From the NCBI GenBank assembly GCA_004022145.1, contig RCNU01000008.1: a stretch of 64,000 nucleotides of DNA. One strand, written 5' to 3'. The stretch comes from Paecilomyces variotii (Eukaryota). The notes below the pieces were generated by a model, which was not told where the DNA came from, did no database searches, and was given only the letters and a program-made list of their open reading frames with translations. Positions within the stretch are counted from its first letter, which is position 1. Each line of letters starts with the position of its first letter. The position numbers and the translations under genes were made by a program. This document shows, piece by piece, positions 53,418-64,000 of this stretch.

Positions 53418-56400
53418 GATGGTTCAACTGCAAGCCGCTGGAAAGGATGCTGGATTGATGCGTGAGTAGAGAGAAGGAGGACGGGCTCGGCTCTACTGAA
53501 TGTGTCCGAACAGGTATATCGGAGGAGATTGAGATAAGATGATATCACGGATTTGGCAGAGCATGGAAGAAGGGGGATCACGTTTAGTTATGAGGCAGGA
53601 CCAACAGTCGAGAATACTACTTTGAGGCACGTTGATATGGGGCCGTGAGCGGGAGAAGCCGACATGCACAGGGCACATGAGGTCGACCAGGTAAGATTAT
53701 TATTAGTCTCGGCGCGGGAAGAGCCAAAGCGTTTCGATTCGCTTCGACAGTCATAATGCATCCAAGGCCCCGGTACGAAAGCTTAAAGTGATAACCGGGG
53801 CGATTCAGAAGGATGCGGATCGTTAACCAGGCAGTTCAAGAAGTGTTAAAGGCCGTGGCGCACCCTGTCGACCTGAGGCGGTTAGAACGTGGGCCTCCAC
53901 CCCCCTTACTAGCTGTCTCGTGGTAAAAGAGGCTCAAGGTCCTGCAGTTACCGTGGTGGTTTCGCTGTGACAAGATCGTCACTGCCAATCAGCCACCTTG
54001 ACGTTCGTATTACCGCTTAAATGAGAGTTCCGGAGCCACGTATTGACTGTATCATTAGTGCAGATCCACCGCCGGCGATGGCATACCCTTTAGTCTAGCC
54101 TCTGGGACGGGATTCAGCGTTATGGTCCATGGGTCGGCGGTTCCCCATTCTTGACCTTTCGTCCTAGAAGTCGATCTCGGCCAGTGGAGAAGACGGGCCT
54201 ACCTGTCACAACGATCCTTGCCCCGTAAACGGCTGATCACTGCGGCAGGATCATAGCGATGAACTGATCTGATGTCCGGCAGCGCGCAGATCGCCATCGG
54301 TGATCCTGGTTGGCTGCCTGACCAGGCTTTTCTTTCCGAAGATGCCAGAGACGTCGGGCTTGGAAGCCAGGTTCAGGCTTGATGCAATTTCCTTACCCCC
54401 ATCCAAGAGACCCTGGGCCAAGTGACACGCGTTGTCCCTTGAATCATTCCCAAGTAAGATCCCACGCCCGAGGTTTCGGGAACAGGTGTGAACAAGAACA
54501 ACATGAGCATGACCAGCGACACAGCGCGCGAAGCGGTCTTTGCCGATAGTCAAAGCTACCAGGAAGGGAATCTTTGAACGATCACGTTCAAGAGAGGGGT
54601 CTGTGCTGGGAGATTCAAAGTGTGGAGGCTCCGAGGCTGGAACCGGAGTTTATCGTGATATTATCAACCAATCCATGGATGCCGGTGACAGAATACGAAC
54701 CCGGGGTGTGCAGTTTTCACCAGTCTGCCGGTTGCCCGGTCCATTCCGCGCCGTAATAATAACACTGCAGACGGACGTTGTCCAAATGTCCCCTGAAACT
54801 CGGGCCCATCATTGGCCTAAAACCCTACGGATTCACTGATCACCAGTGCAGCAGCTTATTTGCCCTTGCTTGGCGGCTGTGAGATCTCATCCCCCTCCTT
54901 TGGCCTGGAGTAGTGATGCAAGAGGTGCGCAGTTAGATATGACATGCCGCTTCTGTTTCTTTTTCTCCTCTTTTCTTTTCTTTTCTTCTTGCCTTGACGG
55001 TCATATTATTGTACATACATATGATGCACATAGTTATCTGTATGAGCCCGAGAGTCAAGTCTCCATCTGCTTGGAATAATAGCATCTCCCTTGGGCCTTG
55101 TCTAAGCGTCCTGCCTATCTAGCTGGTATTGGCAAGACCCAACGCCCAGGAGACGGCTTGTTGCGGGTGCCGAGAATTTTTAGAGGCGGATGAAAGATAC
55201 TCCCTGATCACGAGAGATCTCCATGATCTGTTCGGCTCTTCCTGGAAGAGGGAACGGTCTGAGAGTCACGATGAACCAAGAAACCCGCCCAAGGCATGAA
55301 CTCACTGTGGTAGGGGGTCAGACGAGGCGCCGCAGCGCGCGGGTCCCGCCCAAGATAGGTAATGATGGAGACGACGGGGGATCGCCATCAATTTCCTGGA
55401 GCAAGGTCTCCTTTTTACTTTTAGACTGCCGTGCGGGCCACAAAAGAGTTTCGACAAGCGAGATGCGTTCCTGGACGTGATGGCCGGCAAGGAAGTCGGT
55501 CACGGCCGCCGTCGGCGGCTATGACCGCCAGAAATGTTTCCGATTCCAGCAACCAACGGGGATCTTCAGGCTATCTGAATGTGTGGCTTCGGCGGAGCAT
55601 CCGTAGAGCGTTAAAGGGATTTTCGACAAGCAGCGGCGGGATGATCTTCCGCAAGGAAGCGAGCGATGGCGCGGGAAGGCGTCTCGAAGAAGGTTAAGTT
55701 CCTCGTGGAAGCGAAGAGTCGCCAGGCCCATTGGCTTCTGGGATATCATTACCACCAGCAAGCCGTGTCCAGCTGCGGCCCCACGGCCCCAGAAAGCACA
55801 GGGTTGGTAAAAAGTCGCAGTGATCCGCATGTTGGCCGTCCCGAGTACTGGGGCTTGGGCATCACGATCCACGGAGACCCGCGACGGGGTTGATGATCCC
55901 TAACGATTGTGGCTGATCCTTTTCGGGACTTGGCCGAATGCTGACGATGATGGTCTTGAAGTACGGCACTCCGTGTTCCATACCATAAGAATCAGGGAGC
56001 GTCGGCACTTCATCAAGAATAGAAACCACTATTTTTTTCAGGGGTGTTTATGCAAACTGACAGTGACCATCATTATTATGATCCACCGGAGTCACTTTAT
56101 TCCTCACCACTGTGAAAAGGATATCTAGCTCGAGCGCGTAAAAATAATCACAATAAACGACAAGTACGGATAGTTCAGGAGGTCCTGTGGTTCGGACCAG
56201 CCACGAATTGCAATCGCCGCGTTCGTCTCCATTCGCACAATACAGACTCCTCTATCTTGGGTCTGTTGAGGGTCCTTCGGGTTGGTTTTAGTCTGTGTGA
56301 CGAAGCAGCTGTCAACTATATTCATCCTAAAGGGGTATTCAGAACCGCCTACCAGCGCTGGTGTTGTACATACGTATGATGCCCCGTCCCAGTTATCAGA

Positions 56401-59400
56401 TCTTCGTAGATACCGTACATTCCTACTGCCAGTCAATCAACCGACGAGGCATTAAACAGGCACCGGGTCAGCAGATGCCGATTGAAAATGAGAAATAATG
56501 GCTACTGTCAAAGTTTCGCATCGCACCCGTCGCGGCATCATACGTGTTCTGCGTATTTTTCACCTTTTTCAAGCGCGTATGATGCGGGTCGCGGGGCCCA
56601 GATGGGGAGATTGCTTAATTACGGAGGCCAGTGCGTCTTCTACTCGAGCCTCGAACGGCCTAGAGAAAGATAAACTTGACACGGCTGCAAATGATGTGCG
56701 GTGATCGTCAACCATTTCAAACGTCCAAGTTGCTTGATATCACCGTTGCATACTTCTGTTGGCATGAACTCAAGAACGGACTTTGACCGAGAGATGTACT
56801 CAAGTCGAACGCGTAGACAGTGCTGCACATTTTTAGTATCTATCTACTACTTCGACCTGTTAGCTGTGCGGAAGCTTTGAGGAAACATGGTCGGCATCCC
56901 TCTTTCACCTGTACCCGGAATTCTTGTGGCAGGCTTCCTTGTTTCATCCCCCGTGAGCGTCTTCGTATTTTGTGAAGATCTGTAGTGATGAGGTAGTGGT
57001 CTACCCAACCGATGATGATTTCCTGCTGCTCTTTTGTCTCGGCTAATTGTTGCTGGCAACATTGTTATCCAGTGAGACGGAATCGTTCTGTTGTAGGCCA
57101 GCTCTTCCTGGCTTTCCTGGCTCTTCCTATGGATGATAGAACATGGCCGCTGGCTCGGACACCCGAATCGAGAAAAAAAATGGAGAGTTGGACAATCTCG
57201 ATGTCGGCGACGTCAGACCGAGGCGGCCTCTAAACCTCGTACGGCGTTAGTTTGGACTCCTGGAGGGCCAACCCCCTGAAGCTACAGGCGATCCCGCAGC
57301 AGCGTAGGGAGGTTGGGGCTGGGGCTCTCGTCCAGTCCGTCTCTCATTATTTGCGGTATAAGGTTTCAAGTCGTCCTAACTGTCTTGTGTCTTGATTCCA
57401 ATCAAGACAAGACAAAACGCGTTCTGGGCTCACTGCGCCTCACGTGGCGGTTTGTTGTTCGATTCAAATCATTCCTTCTTGGGAACCAAAGCCGATGCAT
57501 CTCTGCGCCTCTTCCTGATCCATCACCATTCACTGTCCTGTCTCCTAGCGGAATCCATAATTTCCCAATAATTGATTCCTCGAACCTCAATAGTACGGCG
57601 TTTAGCATCGGACATAAACCACGGATATGAGCATCTTGGATGACGGCGTGATGTCCGATTTCAGACCCAAGATATAGATAGATATGAGAGAGCTGAGATG
57701 CAGGCACTGTACCTGTCTGATTGCTGACCTCCTTCTCAGCTTCATTTTTGTGAGAAACCTGTGTTTAACTAGTCAGTCCACTTCGGCATCCCTACGGTGT
57801 ATGAGTATGACAGAAGTACTCCAGGCATGTCCACGTATGACCAGTCATGCGGGAGTTGTCCACTATTGTCGATCATCAATCATACAATCATTGAGTATTA
57901 CTAGTTATTGTCAACAGCAAGTGGTTCGCTAGATCGGTTTCTGTCTCTCGAGTCTCGAGTCTCGACGACATGATTTCTTGCGCGAGCCTGCACCGTATCT
58001 GCCTCGCCTTCAGTAATCGGCAAGACCAGGAGGTCACATGGAAGCTGCCAGCTCGTTCCTTTTTTATTTTTGACTGTGTTCAAGCTGTCCTTTGACTCGG
58101 GGAACGGAGTTGTTTTATGCCCTCGATCCTCCAAAGGATCTCACTGGGTCCCTTAGAGCATTCCCTCTACAAAACACCTTTGCTATAGATATTCGCAACA
58201 GAAATCTAGAGAAACACACCTTCCGTTCTGGGAATGGTGAGTGCGCACTCTGAACAAAGTGCCCGGGGCCTTATCGGGAATATCTCATCATGCAGTGAAT
58301 TTGGACATGCTCTCTGATCCTGCTGTTCTGCACACAAGCAAGCAAAGGCTGAATACGATACGAACTTCTAAGATTCGGTAGTATTCATTCAGAACCGCTT
58401 AGAGCTGTGACACTGAGGATCGTGGTAAGCAGCCACCAATCCAAGTGTGCGCGACTTGACATTCGGTCCAACCCAACAAGCACAAACATTGCTAAGACTT
58501 GAGCTGTTGCTATCCATTAGCATGTTTGAATTAATGCACAGGATGCCTTTTGGAATCACCAACAACGACGAGACAATAGCTTCGGATCTCCCGAGACGCG
58601 CGTTCTTCAGCTGATTCCCTGGATCTAGAAGCTCGAGACGATGTTCGAATTGATATGGCATCCTACTGATAATCTCAGATCTACCAGTATACGTAAGGAA
58701 GCCGCGTGTTGCAGTTTGAGGACGACCGTGCCTCCGACCTGTTGACCGTCTTGCTGGAGATCGACGGTCGAGGTACCGTGCATTCCGCTTCTGCAGCGTA
58801 CATCAATGCCCATCACCTGGGAATAATAACAATATCTTCCACGCTTGACGGTTAAACTCTTCGATTCCATGTAACGGTGTAACGTTAGAGTGTACCCCTA
58901 CAGCGTGGTAGGTAATAATCTGAAACCCTCCCGGGTCTAGGGAAAGGGACGGCACCGAGCATCCACAGTTCAAAGAACTTACTGCAATATTGTGATTTCC
59001 ACAGACAAATGCTAGCCACTTTGTATGTACTGTACAATACAATAGACCAATCACTTTTTTTTTTATCGATGATGGCATTTCTCAGTCCTTGAGAGCAGTA
59101 CACCGTGCACAGACCTGAGAAACAAGACCACGGCACGGGTCAGCTGACGATCCTTATACTTGTTCATCTTTCTTGTACGGAGTATGGAGTATTATTAATA
59201 ATTTATTACTCTAACTACCGATCTTCGTCTTGATCCGCGAGTCTCTGGTAGTCTGATAATAATAATAATAGGAAGGTGTGAGGCTTTTTCCCCGCTGTAT
59301 CAAGCGCGCGAATATAGTAAACCTAGTGGGTGTTCTAACTTCTGCACCTTCAAATGCGCACGGTTCTCTGTATCTCAACCTTCCTCTTGCCCATCTCCAT

Positions 59401-59859
59401 ATCTAATTATTATCTATTAACCGCGTGGTCTGTGCTAGAAGGGCCGCAGCCCACCTTCATCCCTTCAACTTACCCCAGTCTGTGCTCCCATTTCGTGGCG
59501 TAGGAACACCGGGCATCAGACCTGTCTTGGTTAGATTCACGCACATTCGCGGTAAGCAGAACAAAGGCACTTGCCGACGACTGTGACACCTGCGCGACAA
59601 AGTCGATATGGCTTTCTTTGATACCGAAGACCAGATCTTATTTACCCTCAAAACTCTAATCGGTAGCATACAGTAAGATGCAGGAAAGAGGTATCTTTAC
59701 GAGAGATATGGCCTATCTACAGTATAGTGATGGGACTAGTGGTAGAGGTAACTAACGACCGACCGACAAGTCATAGGTGACAAAAATGAGCAAGAGATGA
59801 TAGAGTTGGGACACGAAGAGCTCCCATTCGCTTTTTCATTCATTGCATTCCCGAACGCA

Positions 59860-60490
59860 CGTTTAGAAGTCGGTTGTGTACCCGGTGTTCGCGCGAAGTT
59901 CATGACCGAGTTACGGGACTACTGCTGCTGACTCCTGAGACGGCTTAACGGTGGAGCATCTCTGCCTCTTTTGAATATGGCTGCGACAGGGCCTCCATCT
60001 GTCACAGAAGCGCAGGACTGTGCTCAGTAGTAGTAGTAAGCCACAATCGTTCAGTACCGCGAGTCGCTTGCTTGACTCTTGACTGAATGCTCTGCTCTAG
60101 ATCTCGGGTGCTAAGTTAATATCGCGGCATCAATTCTGGGATGGGGGGCTTGTTTGCCGATCCTCATTCGGTGGTCATCTTCCTGCTTTTCCGTCATAGA
60201 GATCTCACGGAGAACAATGCTTGCTTGCTCGATGCTGAATCACATCATCCCGCTTGGCTTTTCCGCTCCCTAGATAACTAGATAGACCCTGGGTGGGCGG
60301 GAAGGTAATCTCCAGCAGGGCTTTGGATTCCCATGCAGTGACTGCTAGTTATAGGGGTCTCAGATCGCCATCCAGCATCCGGTCTCTTGGGTGCCACCGT
60401 CTGTGACTAGCAGCCAGGATCACTGCAGGTGCAGCCGACAGCCTCGAGGCTCATGACGTCTTGTGTTGACAACTGGCCCAGCCCTGCTAG
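59860..60490 (+). ncRNA. Candidate structured non-coding RNA domain (unknown family)
   Basis: Adjacent 14-22 bp stems with multiple G-U pairs on the + strand, and no credible ORF; see findings. Confidence 0.4.
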
Positions 60491-62905
60491 TCGTTTCATC
60501 TGCCTGCTCAACCTTCCCCAGTCCCATGCCATGCCGGCCGTGCTATAACGATCAATCAGCAAGAAGCCACCAAAAAAGGGATCTTAAGATTGCAGCCAGA
60601 GTTCCCCAGAACCGGTGGGAATTTAGCGGCAACGGCATAAAACCTGCTCTTTGATAATAATGCCTCTTCTTCCTAAACCCTTTTCGAGAGCCTTCAGACC
60701 GCTCCAATGCGGGTGAAACAATAACATACATTCGGTCAGACCAAGACTCCGGCCGCCGCCCTCCCGCACCGCGGCGTGTCAACTTTCAAGGGACGATCGT
60801 CTTTCCCTTTGACCAATAAAGATATACTCGCGAATTAATAGAGTTTCCAGTTACTCTTTCGACCCGCGAGACTAAACCGTTGGTAGAAGGCGCAGCCTAT
60901 TCGTGGATGATTGACGACGGACCGCACGATCGACTGGAATGAGTGGGAAGCATCCAGACGATCTCCATGATATCTCACGTGAGAGACATGGAAAGATACA
61001 GAGACCAAAACCCAGTAAGAGCAGTAAGCGTGTTTCGCCAGCTGCAAGTCATTTGCATGTAAGACGGGGGGGGACGGGGTCGAATCGACCAGCCGTCTCC
61101 ATGGGGTAAAAAATGATCGCTTCAACCCGACAACCCTTTCTGTTCCCTGGCCAGTGATCTCACCCCGAAGAGGATAATCGTCCGTGAGTTCGAGTAACCC
61201 TCGCAGAATGAGAATGGGCAAATGTGTTTGGGACTCGCATTAACAGACACGTTGGTGCAGATCCTGCCTCCGATGCCTTTGTTTCCAACATGGACTATAG
61301 ATACATACAATCAGGACTGCAGAGTAAAATCGCGCGGCAGACATCCAGAAAGAAAAAGAAGGGTAAACTACCAGGGTCTTCTCCACGCGCATGGTATTGT
61401 CGGAAATTCCGCACAACGCAAACAAGGTCAATTTAGTAGCAAGAGATCCCTGTAACACCCAAAAAAGGTAGTGAGCACAGTATTACGCTCTTAAAGAATA
61501 TCAGAGTTTCAGCATGTTGTCACCATTCTTATCAATCTAGGGAATAACCTTGTACGGAAGAATCAGAGACACCTTAACCTGGCTTACTCAACCACTACGA
61601 AAGGTCAACAATAATATGCTCAGCGACGTATTCGCATTGATTGAAACATAGTCTCAGCTCGGTCGAATTCAACTAAGTATCGAGTAAAGAATTTGTCTCA
61701 TGCATATCCCAACAATACCATCACTGCCTCACGCCGTACAGCGCTATTCCCACCCCATAGATAGTTACCAGGGGCGAAACTAAGGGCGGCCGAGGACCGT
61801 TGGAAGAGTACTACAGCTTCACCTATCACCGGGTTAACGTATCGAACCGAGACAGGGGTCCTGAAAGAAAATGGCTTTCGGCATATGTGCTCGGAGTTAT
61901 CCTTTCCCCCTTTAATCGGAAAGTATATGGTACAACTATTTCCTCAAAAGTTGGTCATGGTATTCACCTCATTGCTTGCATCATCTCATCTCTTTCTCGT
62001 TCTGAGACGACCATCCCGTCTTTTTATCTAATGCTCGGTGTTAGTGCCCTATTTGGGAATAACCTTACTATATAAAGAACCAACTGCATAATAATTAAAT
62101 TATTATTCTTGGAGTGGAGAATGCAAGTGAAGTAAATAACTGCGCGCATACTTCTAGAGGACAGACTATGTAGTTGGGAAGTAAACAATAACCACCGCAG
62201 TTCTCGATATAGGGAAACTGGATATGTTCGACATATCTATTCGAGGGAAGACTTGAAATGTAACTACTACCTGGGAGTTTTTATCATACACAAAATATCG
62301 CCCTCTTAAACGCCGTTTCCATTACTTGTCGGCGTTGTGGTTTATGGATACATGGATAGTGTGTAAGTATATATTTTGATGGGAAGAGTCTTCCACATAT
62401 TTGCCACATCCATGTCCGCACCATTTTCTTCTCAAATCTCAGTAATTCATGCACTTGCCAGATTAGCGCCCCTGTTAATCGTTTCTTCTATTAGACAATG
62501 ACATTAAGTGATGCTCAGATATCCTTGGACTTTGGGATTCCTTGGGCTCTGGTTCTTGAATAAAATCTCATTTTTCTATAAACAATTTGTGGGTATCCTG
62601 TACTCTGTATGTGCTGGAGCTATCTGCCTGTGATCTAACGTTGAAAAAAAGAAAAGATAACAGCGATGAGATCAGCCAATGGCTGAATGTAATTATAGGG
62701 GGGGTTGAATATTCTTTCTCCTGCAGAAGTCTCTTGCTCATCTAGAAAGCATGATGCCAGTTTCAGACGCTGATGATTGTTACGTTACGCCTTCATGGCG
62801 CGACGGCCGAGGGATGGCTATTGTTGCTGTCCCGTGTTAGTCCCCATCACATCGGCTTCGAAATATAATAATAGCATTTCGCTAGATCTCTCGATGGGTC
62901 TTGTC

Positions 62906-64000
62906 TTAGACTGGCGAAGTTGACAGCAGAGCATCAGTCTGATGCGACGGACGCTCGTCCTCGACAACCTCAGGTCGCTCTTCCGCTATTCCAGGTAGAT
63001 CGGCCTCCGATCTCCTGACAAAATGACTCGGGGATGCTTCTCGGCTTCGCACTTCGTCTGTCTCGTAGTAAGAATCATCCTCTTCGACATCGTCCAAGAC
63101 ACTTCTCGACCGCCTCATGAAGCCTGGCTCCGGCGACACGATCCTGGGACTAGTAGTACGGCTCGGTCCTCTGGACGAAGTCGACACCGTATCTGGGAGT
63201 GGTGTTCCTCTATCGCTCGACCTTCCACGACATGATGCACTGCGGCCCGTAGGTTGACTGTGACTATGCCTGCTGTCGCTCCAACCCTCCCCAGTTCGAT
63301 TATCTTCTGTCCACAGCTCAAATTCGCGACTGCTCCAGCTTGCGCGCGACGGTCGTGCACCGTATGGCAAACTAGAGTAGCTGACCTGAGACCGGAGCGA
63401 CATGGACCGCCTATGATTTCTCGATGGAACGCGTTGATCATCCTCAGACATAGATGCATGAGACATATCCAGACTCTGCTTTTGTACAATATTGTCCTCG
63501 TCCTCATCCTCGATCTTAGGAACACGGTGCACGATACCCACGTTAAATGAGGGTTCTTTTGGACCTTCATCGACTGGTGGAGGTGGCGGCGGTGGTGGAG
63601 GTAGATCTGCAGCTGCTTTCTCGACATGGTTAAGATATTTTGTCCGCAACGGCAGCCAGCTTCGTGGTCTGAATTGTTCCTTTTCCTTGTAGCGTGTAAC
63701 GGATATGTAGCTTGAGATAGCTCCCATGACGATGGCGATAAGGAGAAAGATTGTCAGCACCCCCTGAATGACAATGATGACAATACCAATGACGGTGGCG
63801 ATGATGCGGCTAATATTGAATCGAGGATCAAATGCTGAGGATAGGGCCACTGTAGAGACCTTGCTGAATCCAAGGAAGTACACCATCATCGCATTGAGAC
63901 GAATTGCCTCGAAGGGTCTCATCCAGATCATAGCGATGAGAGCAATGAACTCGACCGCAAGGTTCCCAAAGACCTGAGTCATGGCGTGGCCAGCAGCTGC
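62906..64000 (-). CDS. C-terminal part of a TRP-like (Flc/Pkd2 family) membrane channel; 5' part outside the window
   Basis: TM block ...WMRPFEAIRLNAMMVYFLGFSKVSTVALSSAFDPRFNISRIIATVIGIVIIVIQGVL..., followed by a disordered cytosolic tail. Confidence 0.8.
   Translation of the reverse strand, partial: AAAGHAMTQVFGNLAVEFIALIAMIWMRPFEAIRLNAMMVYFLGFSKVSTVALSSAFDPRFNISRIIATVIGIVIIVIQGVLTIFLLIAIVMGAISSYISVTRYKEKEQFRPRSWLPLRTKYLNHVEKAAADLPPPPPPPPPVDEGPKEPSFNVGIVHRVPKIEDEDEDNIVQKQSLDMSHASMSEDDQRVPSRNHRRSMSLRSQVSYSSLPYGARPSRASWSSREFELWTEDNRTGEGWSDSRHSHSQPTGRSASCRGRSSDRGTPLPDTVSTSSRGPSRTTSPRIVSPEPGFMRRSRSVLDDVEEDDSYYETDEVRSREASPSHFVRRSEADLPGIAEERPEVVEDERPSHQTDALLSTSPV

Noticed and set aside
59300-62100. 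Telomerase RNA as the identity of the structured region
   Set aside because: Size and hairpin arms fit, but I found no TAACCCTAA-type template, no convincing U-rich/A-rich pseudoknot pair and no Sm site plus terminal splice donor. It cannot be fully excluded without knowing the telomere repeat.
53418-62905. Short ORFs (60-128 aa) upstream of mtfA as protein genes
   Set aside because: Mostly non-ATG starts, overlapping on both strands, with no domain motifs or coherent exon chain.
1-64000. tRNA, 5S/rRNA genes, CRISPR arrays
   Set aside because: No recognisable cloverleaf or box A/B, rRNA signature or regularly spaced repeats seen by eye; tRNAscan-SE/cmscan would confirm.

Overview
Eukaryotic, intron-containing DNA from a filamentous ascomycete (Eurotiales-like; inferred from gene content and intron signals). 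The backbone is a run of conserved genes: a WD40 (WDR8-like) 3' end, rps25, a cytochrome b5-like heme/steroid-binding protein, rce1, a Ser/Pro-rich membrane protein, a hexose transporter, an Shb17-like phosphatase, Hsk3-like, a ketopantoate-reductase-like (Svl3/Pam1) protein, sub2, rpr2, Cnl1-like, WBP11-like, nimA, an ankyrin-BTB protein, mtfA and a TRP-like channel 3' end. Two regions are not explained by these genes. (1) An ~8 kb decayed island (~3.6-11.5 kb) holds Copia RT, SF2-helicase and Helitron-type fragments and a GNAT-like pseudogene. Both the GNAT gene and the Copia RT are split by near-seamless inversions, so their halves lie on opposite strands. (2) The ~9.5 kb ORF-free interval upstream of mtfA (53.4-62.9 kb) contains many long hairpins, several relying on G-U pairs that work only on the + strand, most strikingly at 59.9-60.5 kb. 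This is a candidate large structured non-coding RNA, found by eye and not yet tested statistically. No tRNA, rRNA or CRISPR array was recognised.
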